A program made the translations under genes and the position numbers. From assembly GCA_016198755.1 (NCBI GenBank), contig JACQIB010000005.1, positions 48,931 to 112,930 of the forward strand: DNA of 64,000 bases, written 5' to 3'. Below are positions 1 to 7,517 of this stretch, piece after piece. The first letter of the stretch is position 1. Each line of letters begins with the position of its first letter. Origin of the DNA: Candidatus Aenigmatarchaeota archaeon. Lineage in GTDB: Archaea; Aenigmatarchaeota; Aenigmatarchaeia; Aenigmatarchaeales; JACQIB01. The notes beneath the pieces were generated by a model, which worked only from the letters and a program-made list of their open reading frames with translations, was not told the DNA's origin and made no database searches.

Positions 1-222
1 CGGATTTCCCTGCCCCTTGTATACAGCTGTAAATTCTCCTGGAGAAACTGAAGCTATGCTTATTGCTGTTGAAATAAAATTCTGGGCCTGTATAGGCTCT
101 GCATATAACTGCAGAATTGCTGCGTTGGAAGCCACACCATCCGGACCAAATACTGTCCACAAGATAACTACAACCAGAACAACTTCTGTAACAATATTGA
201 AGTATACTCCTGAGCTTGCCAT
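1..222 (-). CDS. partial small protein with hydrophobic N-terminal helix (continues past left edge)
   Basis: ATG at 222-220 opens a stop-free minus frame running to nt 1 (MASSGVYFNIVTEVVLVVVILWTVFGPDG...). It is absent from the ORF track because it has no stop in the window. It lies 3 nt after the stop of the 226..576 gene on the same strand. The + ORF 17..229 is its antisense shadow. Confidence 0.4.
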   Translation of the reverse strand, partial: MASSGVYFNIVTEVVLVVVILWTVFGPDGVASNAAILQLYAEPIQAQNFISTAISIASVSPGEFTAVYKGQGNP

Positions 223-225
223 ACA

Positions 226-576
226 CTAAGATTCTGCACGTGAGAACAAAAGGCTTTTGGTTGCTCCCCCCAGCATGCTGAAAATAACCATTATAGCTGG
301 CCCAAGCAAAAGAGAGAGGAAGTCTGAGGTTGGAAGGAAAATAAAAGGTAAAAATTCAGACAAAATAGGCAGGGAAAAATAAACAATAAGGAAGAGAATG
401 CCTCCGAAAATAGAGGCTATAAAAGCGCTGAAAATATTTTTTGTAAAAGTTGGGCCGCGAGCTCCCAAAAATCCAGTTGCTGCACCTGCAATAATAAAGT
501 TCCATGGATAAATAAAAAACCCTAGCAAAAAGCCCAAACCAGCTCCTGCTATAGTTCCATAAAAGATATTTTTCAT
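226..576 (-). CDS. small polytopic membrane protein, unknown function
   Basis: 116 aa, ATG start, about 4 Gly/Phe-rich hydrophobic segments. Its start overlaps the stop of the upstream 846-aa gene by 4 nt (translational coupling). Confidence 0.6.
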   Translation of the reverse strand: MKNIFYGTIAGAGLGFLLGFFIYPWNFIIAGAATGFLGARGPTFTKNIFSAFIASIFGGILFLIVYFSLPILSEFLPFIFLPTSDFLSLLLGPAIMVIFSMLGGATKSLLFSRAES

Positions 577-3098
577 TTTACTGCCTCTTTTTTAGTTGTA
601 GTTGTTTCTGAGGGAATAAGTGCTTCCCTCATTTTCTCTGGTGTAAGGCTTGAGAAAGTTTTTGACATATCCTTTGGCCAGCTTATTGTACCCTCCCAGA
701 AGGCTTGGATTAAGGTTGCAGGATCAGCCTCTGAAAACCCCGACTTAACAAGCGCTTTTGTAGCAGTGCTTTCCCCTCCTGTCAAAACCGCCTCCACAAC
801 TGTTATTATGTCACTGGTCCCCCAGATTTTCAGATACTCGCGAGCATAATCAACATCCACATAACAATAGTTTGAAGCTTTATCCCCCAAATCTGTTTTG
901 TCCATTGCAACAAAAACTGTTGGCTCACCCTCATAATCCTGAACTTTCCAGATTTTTGCAGTGCCCATACAGGGTCCAACCAAATGGAAGCGGGGATTGG
1001 GGGGGATTGACATTAGCGCAGCCTGTATTCCTGCAAACCTTTCTAACCCAAGCGGTCTCCAGCTGCGCACAAAAAACTTTTTAGAATCATTGTTAAGGTA
1101 AATAGGTTTCTCAAACCTCTGCCCATGTGCATACAAACATATAGAATTATCTGTGCAGGTCTCTTCTACAGTAGCCTGTGTTATTTCTCCTTTCCACCAC
1201 CAGCCGCGCACATTTGCAAACGCAGTTACATCCAGAGTCACTACTTTATTTACCTCCAGCTTACCAAACTGCATTGGTATTGTTACTGGGAGCGCATTTG
1301 TGTTCTGCTCTGCAAAACCTATGAACCGCATTCTTTCTACTGGAGCTGTGCCAACAACGTTCCCTGCATCATCTAAAATTTCCTGCTCCTTGAAAACATA
1401 ATTATCCAAATAATCCCCATAGTAAGCTTTTGACCATTCATAATTGTCAGATTTCATTGTATTTTGCGCCAGCTTGGTTATCCTGTTTATCTCCTCCTCT
1501 GTAGGTGCTGATGTCTTATACACAATTTTTACCTTCTGCCCAAGCGTTTGTTTTGAAATACGCTGCTGCACTTCAAAAACAAAATTCTCGTCCACCACTC
1601 TCGCAGGATCTTCCTCAAACATTTCCTTTATTATTTTGTATTGCAAAAGCTTTGAGTCACGCGGAATAAACGCTGATTGAGCAGTGTTTTCTGAAAGCTG
1701 TCGCAAGTATTTCTGGAAAACTGTATTATCTACATAACTCTCAGACTTGAAACCAAGCTTTTTGGCAACAGTTGCCTTAAGCCTTGTGTAGGGGTGGATA
1801 GCCTCCAGTTTTGCCCAATTTTCCGCAGTCATCCTGTCTCCAAGCGCATCCACAAGTCCATTCCTTTCCACATAATCCATATTATGCCTCTCCACAGCAT
1901 ACCCAAGACTGCTCAATGAAATTTTAAACTTTTCCCACTTCTGTATAAGTGGTTTGTATCCTTCCTTGAAAAATTGTGTCTGGGAAATTTCAAACTCACG
2001 TACAACACGCGCAGACGTCACATCCTTGTAATGGATAAGGTCTTTGTCTTTCCAATCTGTAGAAAACATTTTCCTGAGCCTTGCAGCCTCATTAGGCTCT
2101 GCAAAATCATTCAAATACGTTTCGAAAAGCTCTGTTGGAGTATATTGAAGGGTTCCGAAGCCTGCCGGAGGTATTGGATCCATTGTTTCGGCTATTTCAA
2201 TTATTTTTCCCCCCTCTTCTTTGAAGTGTATATACCTTACTGTTCCATCATTGTCTATAATCTGTAGTGGTATTTTCTTTTTTGATATTGGAATTTTCCC
2301 GTCATTTGTAAGTACTGAAAAAACCTTAATTCTCGACCCCTCTGGTATTTCTCCTGCAAGCTCTGCAGAGCCCAAATCAGCAATATACACAGAATCATCG
2401 AAAAAGCCTATTTTTGAAAGGGATCCCACTTCTGTTTTGCCTATCCTTTTGTAAGCTGTGGTTACAAGCATGTCTATTCCTCTCTCCTGCTTTTTTGCTA
2501 TTATTGATGGATCCAGATTCAAATCCTTCGAAAGAGCTTCACCCCCGCCGCGTGCATTCTTTTCAACAAATTCCACTCTTTCAGAATTTTTTATGGCTGC
2601 TCCAGCAGAGCGGAGGAATTGATTGGTTTTGTAACCAGCTTCCGCTGCTCCGCGTCCAATTATTTTCGAACCCCCAACCAGAAGTGCTTTTCCAGAGCGG
2701 AAAGCTCCCCAGAAAACTAACTGCCCGCCTGCTCCACCGCTCCATGGATAGCTCTCTTCCCACATTGCAGCACCACCTGAGAAAAATCCCTCCGGAAAGC
2801 GCTCATAATAAACCTGATACTGCGGAACAGAACCCCCCCAGAAAGCTCTCCAATATCCTTCAAGTCCATCAGTGTGTTCTTGGCAGAGCTTTACATCAGC
2901 TGTATCATAGTAAATAGGATCTGTTGGCTGGGAATCTCCATTCCAGTAAGGGAAATCTGGAGAGGAAACTCTATCTACTCCTCTGGAAAGCCCAAGAGCT
3001 GTCTGGTTTGCCAATCCTGTACATTCCACAGAACCGAAAACATTCATTAAAACAATAAACAAAGCAAACAAAAACAATATTCCAACAACAACCTTCAT
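573..3098 (-). CDS. large N-terminally anchored or secreted surface protein, unknown family
   Basis: Long ORF. The track start at 3113 is GTG. The ATG at 3098 gives MKVVVGILFLFALFIVLMNVFGS (signal/anchor helix) with GAGG 7 nt upstream. It has a Gly-rich segment (GGAAMWEESYPWSGGAGGQ). It is the last large gene of the pilus-like operon. Confidence 0.8.
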   Translation of the reverse strand: MKVVVGILFLFALFIVLMNVFGSVECTGLANQTALGLSRGVDRVSSPDFPYWNGDSQPTDPIYYDTADVKLCQEHTDGLEGYWRAFWGGSVPQYQVYYERFPEGFFSGGAAMWEESYPWSGGAGGQLVFWGAFRSGKALLVGGSKIIGRGAAEAGYKTNQFLRSAGAAIKNSERVEFVEKNARGGGEALSKDLNLDPSIIAKKQERGIDMLVTTAYKRIGKTEVGSLSKIGFFDDSVYIADLGSAELAGEIPEGSRIKVFSVLTNDGKIPISKKKIPLQIIDNDGTVRYIHFKEEGGKIIEIAETMDPIPPAGFGTLQYTPTELFETYLNDFAEPNEAARLRKMFSTDWKDKDLIHYKDVTSARVVREFEISQTQFFKEGYKPLIQKWEKFKISLSSLGYAVERHNMDYVERNGLVDALGDRMTAENWAKLEAIHPYTRLKATVAKKLGFKSESYVDNTVFQKYLRQLSENTAQSAFIPRDSKLLQYKIIKEMFEEDPARVVDENFVFEVQQRISKQTLGQKVKIVYKTSAPTEEEINRITKLAQNTMKSDNYEWSKAYYGDYLDNYVFKEQEILDDAGNVVGTAPVERMRFIGFAEQNTNALPVTIPMQFGKLEVNKVVTLDVTAFANVRGWWWKGEITQATVEETCTDNSICLYAHGQRFEKPIYLNNDSKKFFVRSWRPLGLERFAGIQAALMSIPPNPRFHLVGPCMGTAKIWKVQDYEGEPTVFVAMDKTDLGDKASNYCYVDVDYAREYLKIWGTSDIITVVEAVLTGGESTATKALVKSGFSEADPATLIQAFWEGTISWPKDMSKTFSSLTPEKMREALIPSETTTTKKEAVK

Positions 3099-3117
3099 TG
3101 CTTCCTCAGGCACTCTA

Positions 3118-3384
3118 TCACCCTGCGCAGCCGCAGGTTTTGTTTACCTGCTGCTCAGTATATCCAAGCCTGCTTTGCAAATCCCCAAAAGTATACTGCT
3201 CATTGCACTGTATGTTATAATTTTTACAGACAGGTGCAAACTTTGAACAGCAGGCTAAAAGGGCTCCATAGTCTCCGCCCTGTGATATAGGTAAGTATAC
3301 AAAAAAATAAAGTATTGCAGACAGTGCAACTATTAACACAAGCACTATTATAAGCGCTGTTGTTGTGTTTATTGGCATCTCCAT
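3118..3384 (-). CDS. prepilin-like small protein, Cys-rich C-terminus
   Basis: 88 aa: MEMPINTTTALIIVLVLIVALSAILYFFVY followed by a soluble part with 6 Cys. 4-nt gaps to both neighbours. Confidence 0.6.
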   Translation of the reverse strand: MEMPINTTTALIIVLVLIVALSAILYFFVYLPISQGGDYGALLACCSKFAPVCKNYNIQCNEQYTFGDLQSRLGYTEQQVNKTCGCAG

Positions 3385-3388
3385 GATA

Positions 3389-3754
3389 TCACTTCACAGC
3401 AATATTTGAGCTACATATCTGCCCGCAGTTTGCCTTGCACTCATTCCATGCTGCGGAATCTGTCTCCCCAAAGTCTGAGATAGATCTTCCTGTCCTGTCA
3501 GAGCAGAACTGGCGCAGCCCAGGCTTTGTTTTATCCCCAGGAACCTCTATAAACCTCTGATCTTCAAGTATTCCTGCAGAAACTTTACATCCAACCTGAG
3601 CCCATTTCCCGCAATAATTCACTTTATTCACATCATCCCCGGGTTTTTGGCCAAGCTGCAGGGCTATTACAGCAATTGCCCCTACTATAATAACTATCAC
3701 AGCAAAAATAACAAAGTTCTTAAGTGTGCTTGGTGCTTCAGAATCCCCTTTCAT
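3389..3754 (-). CDS. prepilin-like small protein, Cys-rich
   Basis: 121 aa. It starts MKGDSEAPSTLKNFVIFAVIVIIVGAIAVIAL, a short charged N-terminus followed by one hydrophobic helix. The soluble part has 6 Cys. Confidence 0.6.
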   Translation of the reverse strand: MKGDSEAPSTLKNFVIFAVIVIIVGAIAVIALQLGQKPGDDVNKVNYCGKWAQVGCKVSAGILEDQRFIEVPGDKTKPGLRQFCSDRTGRSISDFGETDSAAWNECKANCGQICSSNIAVK

Positions 3755-3786
3755 GGATTTAGGTAGTATTTGATAGGAGATAAACC

Positions 3787-3915
3787 TTACGCTGGGTTTA
3801 AATTTCCTAAATAAGGCAGAACAAACAGGGTTATTACAGCCACAAGCACTATTACAGCAGCTGACATTATCAGTATTTTTGCGAGCAGCATTATATCCCC
3901 CTTTCCTATTTTCAT
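3787..3915 (-). CDS. 42-aa single-helix micro-protein (not in ORF track)
   Basis: My translation: MKIGKGDIMLLAKILIMSAAVIVLVAVITLFVLPYLGNLNPA*. Its ATG overlaps the TGA of the upstream gene (ATGA). Confidence 0.4.
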   Translation of the reverse strand: MKIGKGDIMLLAKILIMSAAVIVLVAVITLFVLPYLGNLNPA

Positions 3916-4217
3916 GTGCTCACCCTTTTTGCCGGCTTGCAGTATGTGCCTTCACATACATTTCCCGCCGGACAGTCCTTTCCTGAAGCACAGCCGCACT
4001 GTTTTTCAGAAATTCCTTCACTCGCTCTTACTATACAAATGAACCCTTCTGGGTTGTCCTTACAGTTATCATTTGTTGAGCAAGCAGCTGTCAGAGTTGT
4101 ACTTGTGTTTCCATCTACAGGCCTGTTGTACAGATTCTGGGAAAAAGCTAAAACAACCATAATAAACACTAATATTCCACCAACAAGGAGTGCAGCTTGG
4201 TCAAAATCTCCCTTCAT
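3912..4217 (-). CDS. prepilin-like small protein, Cys-rich
   Basis: The track start at 4226 is GTG. The ATG at 4217 gives MKGDFDQAALLVGGILVFIMVVLAF with GGGTGA 6 nt upstream (SD-like). The C-terminal part has 8 Cys (CSTNDNCKDNPEGFIC...CGCASGKDCPAGNVCEGTYC). Confidence 0.6.
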   Translation of the reverse strand: MKGDFDQAALLVGGILVFIMVVLAFSQNLYNRPVDGNTSTTLTAACSTNDNCKDNPEGFICIVRASEGISEKQCGCASGKDCPAGNVCEGTYCKPAKRVST

Positions 4218-4222
4218 TTTAT

Positions 4223-6046
4223 TCACCCTGTTACTTTTACTGTGGCTGTGTTTATAATGTTGCCCTGTCCCGTAAGCCTTACAAATCTAAATGGATCTGC
4301 TATAAAGGTAGTATCTTTAGTGAAATTCTGCCCGCTTGTTCTGTACAGTTCTTTCCATGTTTTTCTATCAGTAGAAAACTCAACTTTAACTTCATCTCTG
4401 GAAGAGAAAGTTGCTTCTATACTGGCAGAGAGTTTTGTATATTCTTTTCTCAAATCAAACTCTATTTTATCTTTCCCGCAATCATCTCCCAAAGGAACCC
4501 CATTACCGCAGCTGTCTGTTCCGACAATTTCCCCATCCCCCTCTGCAGGCAGTATTACTATAGACCTATCCAAAGCCCCAGCCCTTTTTGCAAATACACC
4601 AGCCTGTATAAGCTTTGGGTCATCTAGGCTGCAGCGCTGAAAATCTGATGTCTTCCGATAAAAACGTTTCCCATCAAAACAGAATGGCTTTCCATCCCCC
4701 TGTCTCTCCTCTTTGAACTCTCCTGCAATGTCCCAATTGAAAATATATATTGTATAGGTTTTCCCTGCATCAAGAGTGGAGAGTGGAGATAACGCAGTTA
4801 TGTGATTTATACCTCCCTTCCCAAGAAACTGCGCAGCTTGTGTCCCTCCACTCTTATAAAATAAGTTTACATTAAGCTTGTTCCCGTTCTCATCTTCCCT
4901 TAGCTGGACCTGTTGGTATTCAGTTATGTTAGAAGCTGCTTTTCCTATACACTCTTCCTTGTTATTGCAGGTTCCAATATCAAAATCAAATCCTGATTTA
5001 TCCTGTATCAATCCTACAAAATCCTCTATAGAAATGCTGTTTGTTACAGAATAATCTGAAATCTCCGTTAGTCTGAGCTCAGGTATCAATGAGCCTGCTT
5101 CTTCTGTTCTCTTAAAGTTTTTCAGATAATAAGAAAGCTGGTCTGCAACAGCTCCGCTTGACAGTGAAGGCTCTGAAGAGTGCTTTGGTATGCGCAGAAA
5201 ATCTATATTGTATTTACAGCCTGAACCGCATTTCTTTTCCTTTGGATTCTCATATGGAACCCATTTAACAAGGTAAAGCATGGTATTGGAACTTGGATAA
5301 AGGGAGGGGGGGCTCTTTCCTTTTTCAAGTTTGTCTGAAACAAGATAAGAACTGTTTGTTATATCAGTCTGCCAGACTGTTATTTTGTCTTCCCCGCCAC
5401 AAAGAGAAGAACAGCTCTCACCCTGCAACGGGCTGGAAACAGAATCTGTTCCAAAGGTTTGTGAACCAACAGAAACGCAGTTGCTGTTCCCAAACTTTAA
5501 GGTTTCCAAAGAATTGTGCACAAAGCGGGAAAGTGTTCCGCAGATTTTCTGACCTGAAAATTCTCTGAGGGAAAGTTGTTTTGTAAGGCATTGTTCATCT
5601 AACAGCGGGGAACACGGAGAGCATGATTGAACAGTTAACTTATCCCTTTCTTTCTGGGATAAATCATTATAATAGACAGGCCTCTGCTTTTCAGAATTCC
5701 ATGGAACATCAAATGTACCCCAGCCTACAATACTGTCTTTGCTGAAAGGAAGGGAAGCACCATGTGGATAGTTGCCGTTGGAAACAAAATCAGATGATAT
5801 ATCCTTTGCTATTTTACATGAAATCTGTGAACTTGTAAGCGGCTGTCCATCCTCTGTTAAATTTATCTGAGGCACAACACCAAGCATATCCAGAAATTCA
5901 AAACCATTTGGAGTTTCAACCCCTGGTTTTGTAGGGAAAGGATTAAAATCCAAGTTAATTAGCTTCAAGAAAGATCCAAAGAGTAAAAGAGCTATAACTG
6001 CTGCAACAACAATAACAAGCAGTGTTATAGTACTAATCCTGTCCAT
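4223..6046 (-). CDS. surface protein, paralog 1 of a Cys-framework family; C-terminal beta-sandwich (F5/8-type-C/CBM-like) tip
   Basis: 607 aa with N-terminal helix MDRISTITLLVIVVAAVIALLLFG. It shares ordered motifs with the next two genes (SCKIAKDISSDF; CSPCSPLLDEQCL; GKTYTIYIFNWD). The C-terminus ends ...DPFRFVRLTGQG, reminiscent of discoidin-type domains (weak call). Confidence 0.85.
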   Translation of the reverse strand: MDRISTITLLVIVVAAVIALLLFGSFLKLINLDFNPFPTKPGVETPNGFEFLDMLGVVPQINLTEDGQPLTSSQISCKIAKDISSDFVSNGNYPHGASLPFSKDSIVGWGTFDVPWNSEKQRPVYYNDLSQKERDKLTVQSCSPCSPLLDEQCLTKQLSLREFSGQKICGTLSRFVHNSLETLKFGNSNCVSVGSQTFGTDSVSSPLQGESCSSLCGGEDKITVWQTDITNSSYLVSDKLEKGKSPPSLYPSSNTMLYLVKWVPYENPKEKKCGSGCKYNIDFLRIPKHSSEPSLSSGAVADQLSYYLKNFKRTEEAGSLIPELRLTEISDYSVTNSISIEDFVGLIQDKSGFDFDIGTCNNKEECIGKAASNITEYQQVQLREDENGNKLNVNLFYKSGGTQAAQFLGKGGINHITALSPLSTLDAGKTYTIYIFNWDIAGEFKEERQGDGKPFCFDGKRFYRKTSDFQRCSLDDPKLIQAGVFAKRAGALDRSIVILPAEGDGEIVGTDSCGNGVPLGDDCGKDKIEFDLRKEYTKLSASIEATFSSRDEVKVEFSTDRKTWKELYRTSGQNFTKDTTFIADPFRFVRLTGQGNIINTATVKVTG

Positions 6047-7395
6047 TAACCCACCTCAAATAGAGAAACAGAAACATCCCGCAGCTTGTTTTCTTTTATT
6101 ATTTTCCCTTTATCCTGCCAGTTCTCCCGTATACAGTCCCTCTTTGGCTTGCATTCGCTGTCACAAGAATTTGTATCTTTTGTGCAGGCACCGCAGGTTG
6201 GATTTCCGCCGCAAGCGCCAGTACAGTCAGTTGTTTCCCTTTCAGCTGTTATACCCCACTTCCTTATTATAACTCTATACTGTTTTCCAGCCTGCAAAGT
6301 CCCGCTGTCCGAAACAGTTGTGTACAAGTTAAGGTCGTTATAGTTTGGATCCTCATATGTACATACACCTGTGGTTTCCTTCTTGAAAAATCCTTCAGGC
6401 TTTACATTTATACAATCCTCCCCTGTACATGCTCTGTACTTTACGTCATATTTTGTTATTTCTTTTACTTTCTGTGCAAAAGCCAAGAAAGAAATATCTG
6501 CTGAGGGTGTAAAGTAAAAATCTTTCTTTTCCCTTATACCCTCTGTATAGGCGCCTGCAGTTTCAGATCTGGCTGCTGATTTGAGAACATTACCTACAGT
6601 CTCACCTAATTGATCTGCTTCAAAATTCCCAAGCTGTTCTGTTTTTGGGACGCGGGGAAAGTGGAGATTATATGTTTTGCTTGCGCTATCCCAGTAAAGA
6701 ACATAAGAATAGGGCCTTCCATCCTGCACAAGTGCAGATTCTGTATAGGAATCTGAGGTAACCTCACTCTCAGATGTAACATCAGCTTTCCAGTCCTTTA
6801 TCATATCCCCCCCAGGGCAGGTCTCTGAGCAAGCCTGACCAGAGCTGAAAGAAGCACAGTGATCGTTTCCGAACTTTACAAGATCCCCGTTCTGGCTTGA
6901 TATAAAGTTTCCGCAGAGTTTTATCTCAGAAACATTCAAAATTCCAAGATTCGCAGAAACACAGGCCTCATCAAAAACCGAAGGACAGGGAGCACAGATA
7001 GAATTTCTCAAAGTATTTTTCTGTTTTTCTGTGAGTGTCCAGTCTGAACTAAGGTTGAAAATCCCGCCTGAAACAATGCAGGTTCCAAGGAAACAGAATT
7101 CCCTCTGCCCCTTTGTCCCGTATTTTGAAATATCCAATGCAAGGTCCTTTGCTATTGAACATCCAACCTCTGAGGAGGCAAATGTTGGGGAGGAAGAGCT
7201 GATAGGTCTGTAAACCTCAAAAATACCGGGAAAGTCTGCACGCGGGAAAACTGGTAAGGTTGTCCTTGTTGTAACTATTGTTGTTGGAACATTGGGGGGG
7301 TGTAGAGAAAAATATGGAACTGCTATTGCTATTGTTATGCCAAGTGCAACAATGCCCATAACTACTGCGAACAGTTCCCATTTTGTTATTTCCAT
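6046..7395 (-). CDS. surface protein, paralog 2 of a Cys-framework family; Cys-knot-like C-terminus
   Basis: 449 aa with N-terminal helix MEITKWELFAVVMGIVALGITIAIAV. Motifs: GCSIAKDLALDIS; CAPCPSVFDEACV; GKQYRVIIRKWG. The C-terminus is TDCTGACGGNPTCGACTKDTNSCDSECKPKRDC. 1-nt stop/start overlap with paralog 1. Confidence 0.85.
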   Translation of the reverse strand: MEITKWELFAVVMGIVALGITIAIAVPYFSLHPPNVPTTIVTTRTTLPVFPRADFPGIFEVYRPISSSSPTFASSEVGCSIAKDLALDISKYGTKGQREFCFLGTCIVSGGIFNLSSDWTLTEKQKNTLRNSICAPCPSVFDEACVSANLGILNVSEIKLCGNFISSQNGDLVKFGNDHCASFSSGQACSETCPGGDMIKDWKADVTSESEVTSDSYTESALVQDGRPYSYVLYWDSASKTYNLHFPRVPKTEQLGNFEADQLGETVGNVLKSAARSETAGAYTEGIREKKDFYFTPSADISFLAFAQKVKEITKYDVKYRACTGEDCINVKPEGFFKKETTGVCTYEDPNYNDLNLYTTVSDSGTLQAGKQYRVIIRKWGITAERETTDCTGACGGNPTCGACTKDTNSCDSECKPKRDCIRENWQDKGKIIKENKLRDVSVSLFEVG

Positions 7396-7515
7396 TTACC
7401 CCCACCCGAAAAGCTTTGGGATATTAGCTCCGCCAAAGACAAGGAATAATGCTGCCACAAGCACTATTATAAAAAATACTATAATACTATAGCTCTCTGC
7501 CCAAACATTGCTCAT
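7396..7515 (-). CDS. 39-aa single-helix micro-protein (not in ORF track)
   Basis: My translation: MSNVWAESYSIIVFFIIVLVAALFLVFGGANIPKLFGWG*. It starts 2 nt after the stop of the 729-aa gene. Its TAA directly abuts the ATG of the 449-aa gene. Confidence 0.4.
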   Translation of the reverse strand: MSNVWAESYSIIVFFIIVLVAALFLVFGGANIPKLFGWG

Positions 7516-7517
7516 AA

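Noticed and set aside
17-229. Plus-strand 70-aa ORF at the left edge
   Set aside because: It is antisense to a stop-free minus-strand frame that starts with ATG at 222, encodes a hydrophobic-helix protein and fits the operon spacing. The plus ORF shows no start context and is treated as a shadow ORF.
872-2917. Multiple plus-strand ORFs (872..1084, 1125..1401, 1444..1680, 1974..2267, 2221..2454, 2414..2917) inside the 846-aa gene
   Set aside because: All lie antisense within one long, well-supported minus-strand gene. Their products are Ser/Leu/Cys/Phe-rich low-complexity sequences, typical of shadow frames in AT-rich DNA.
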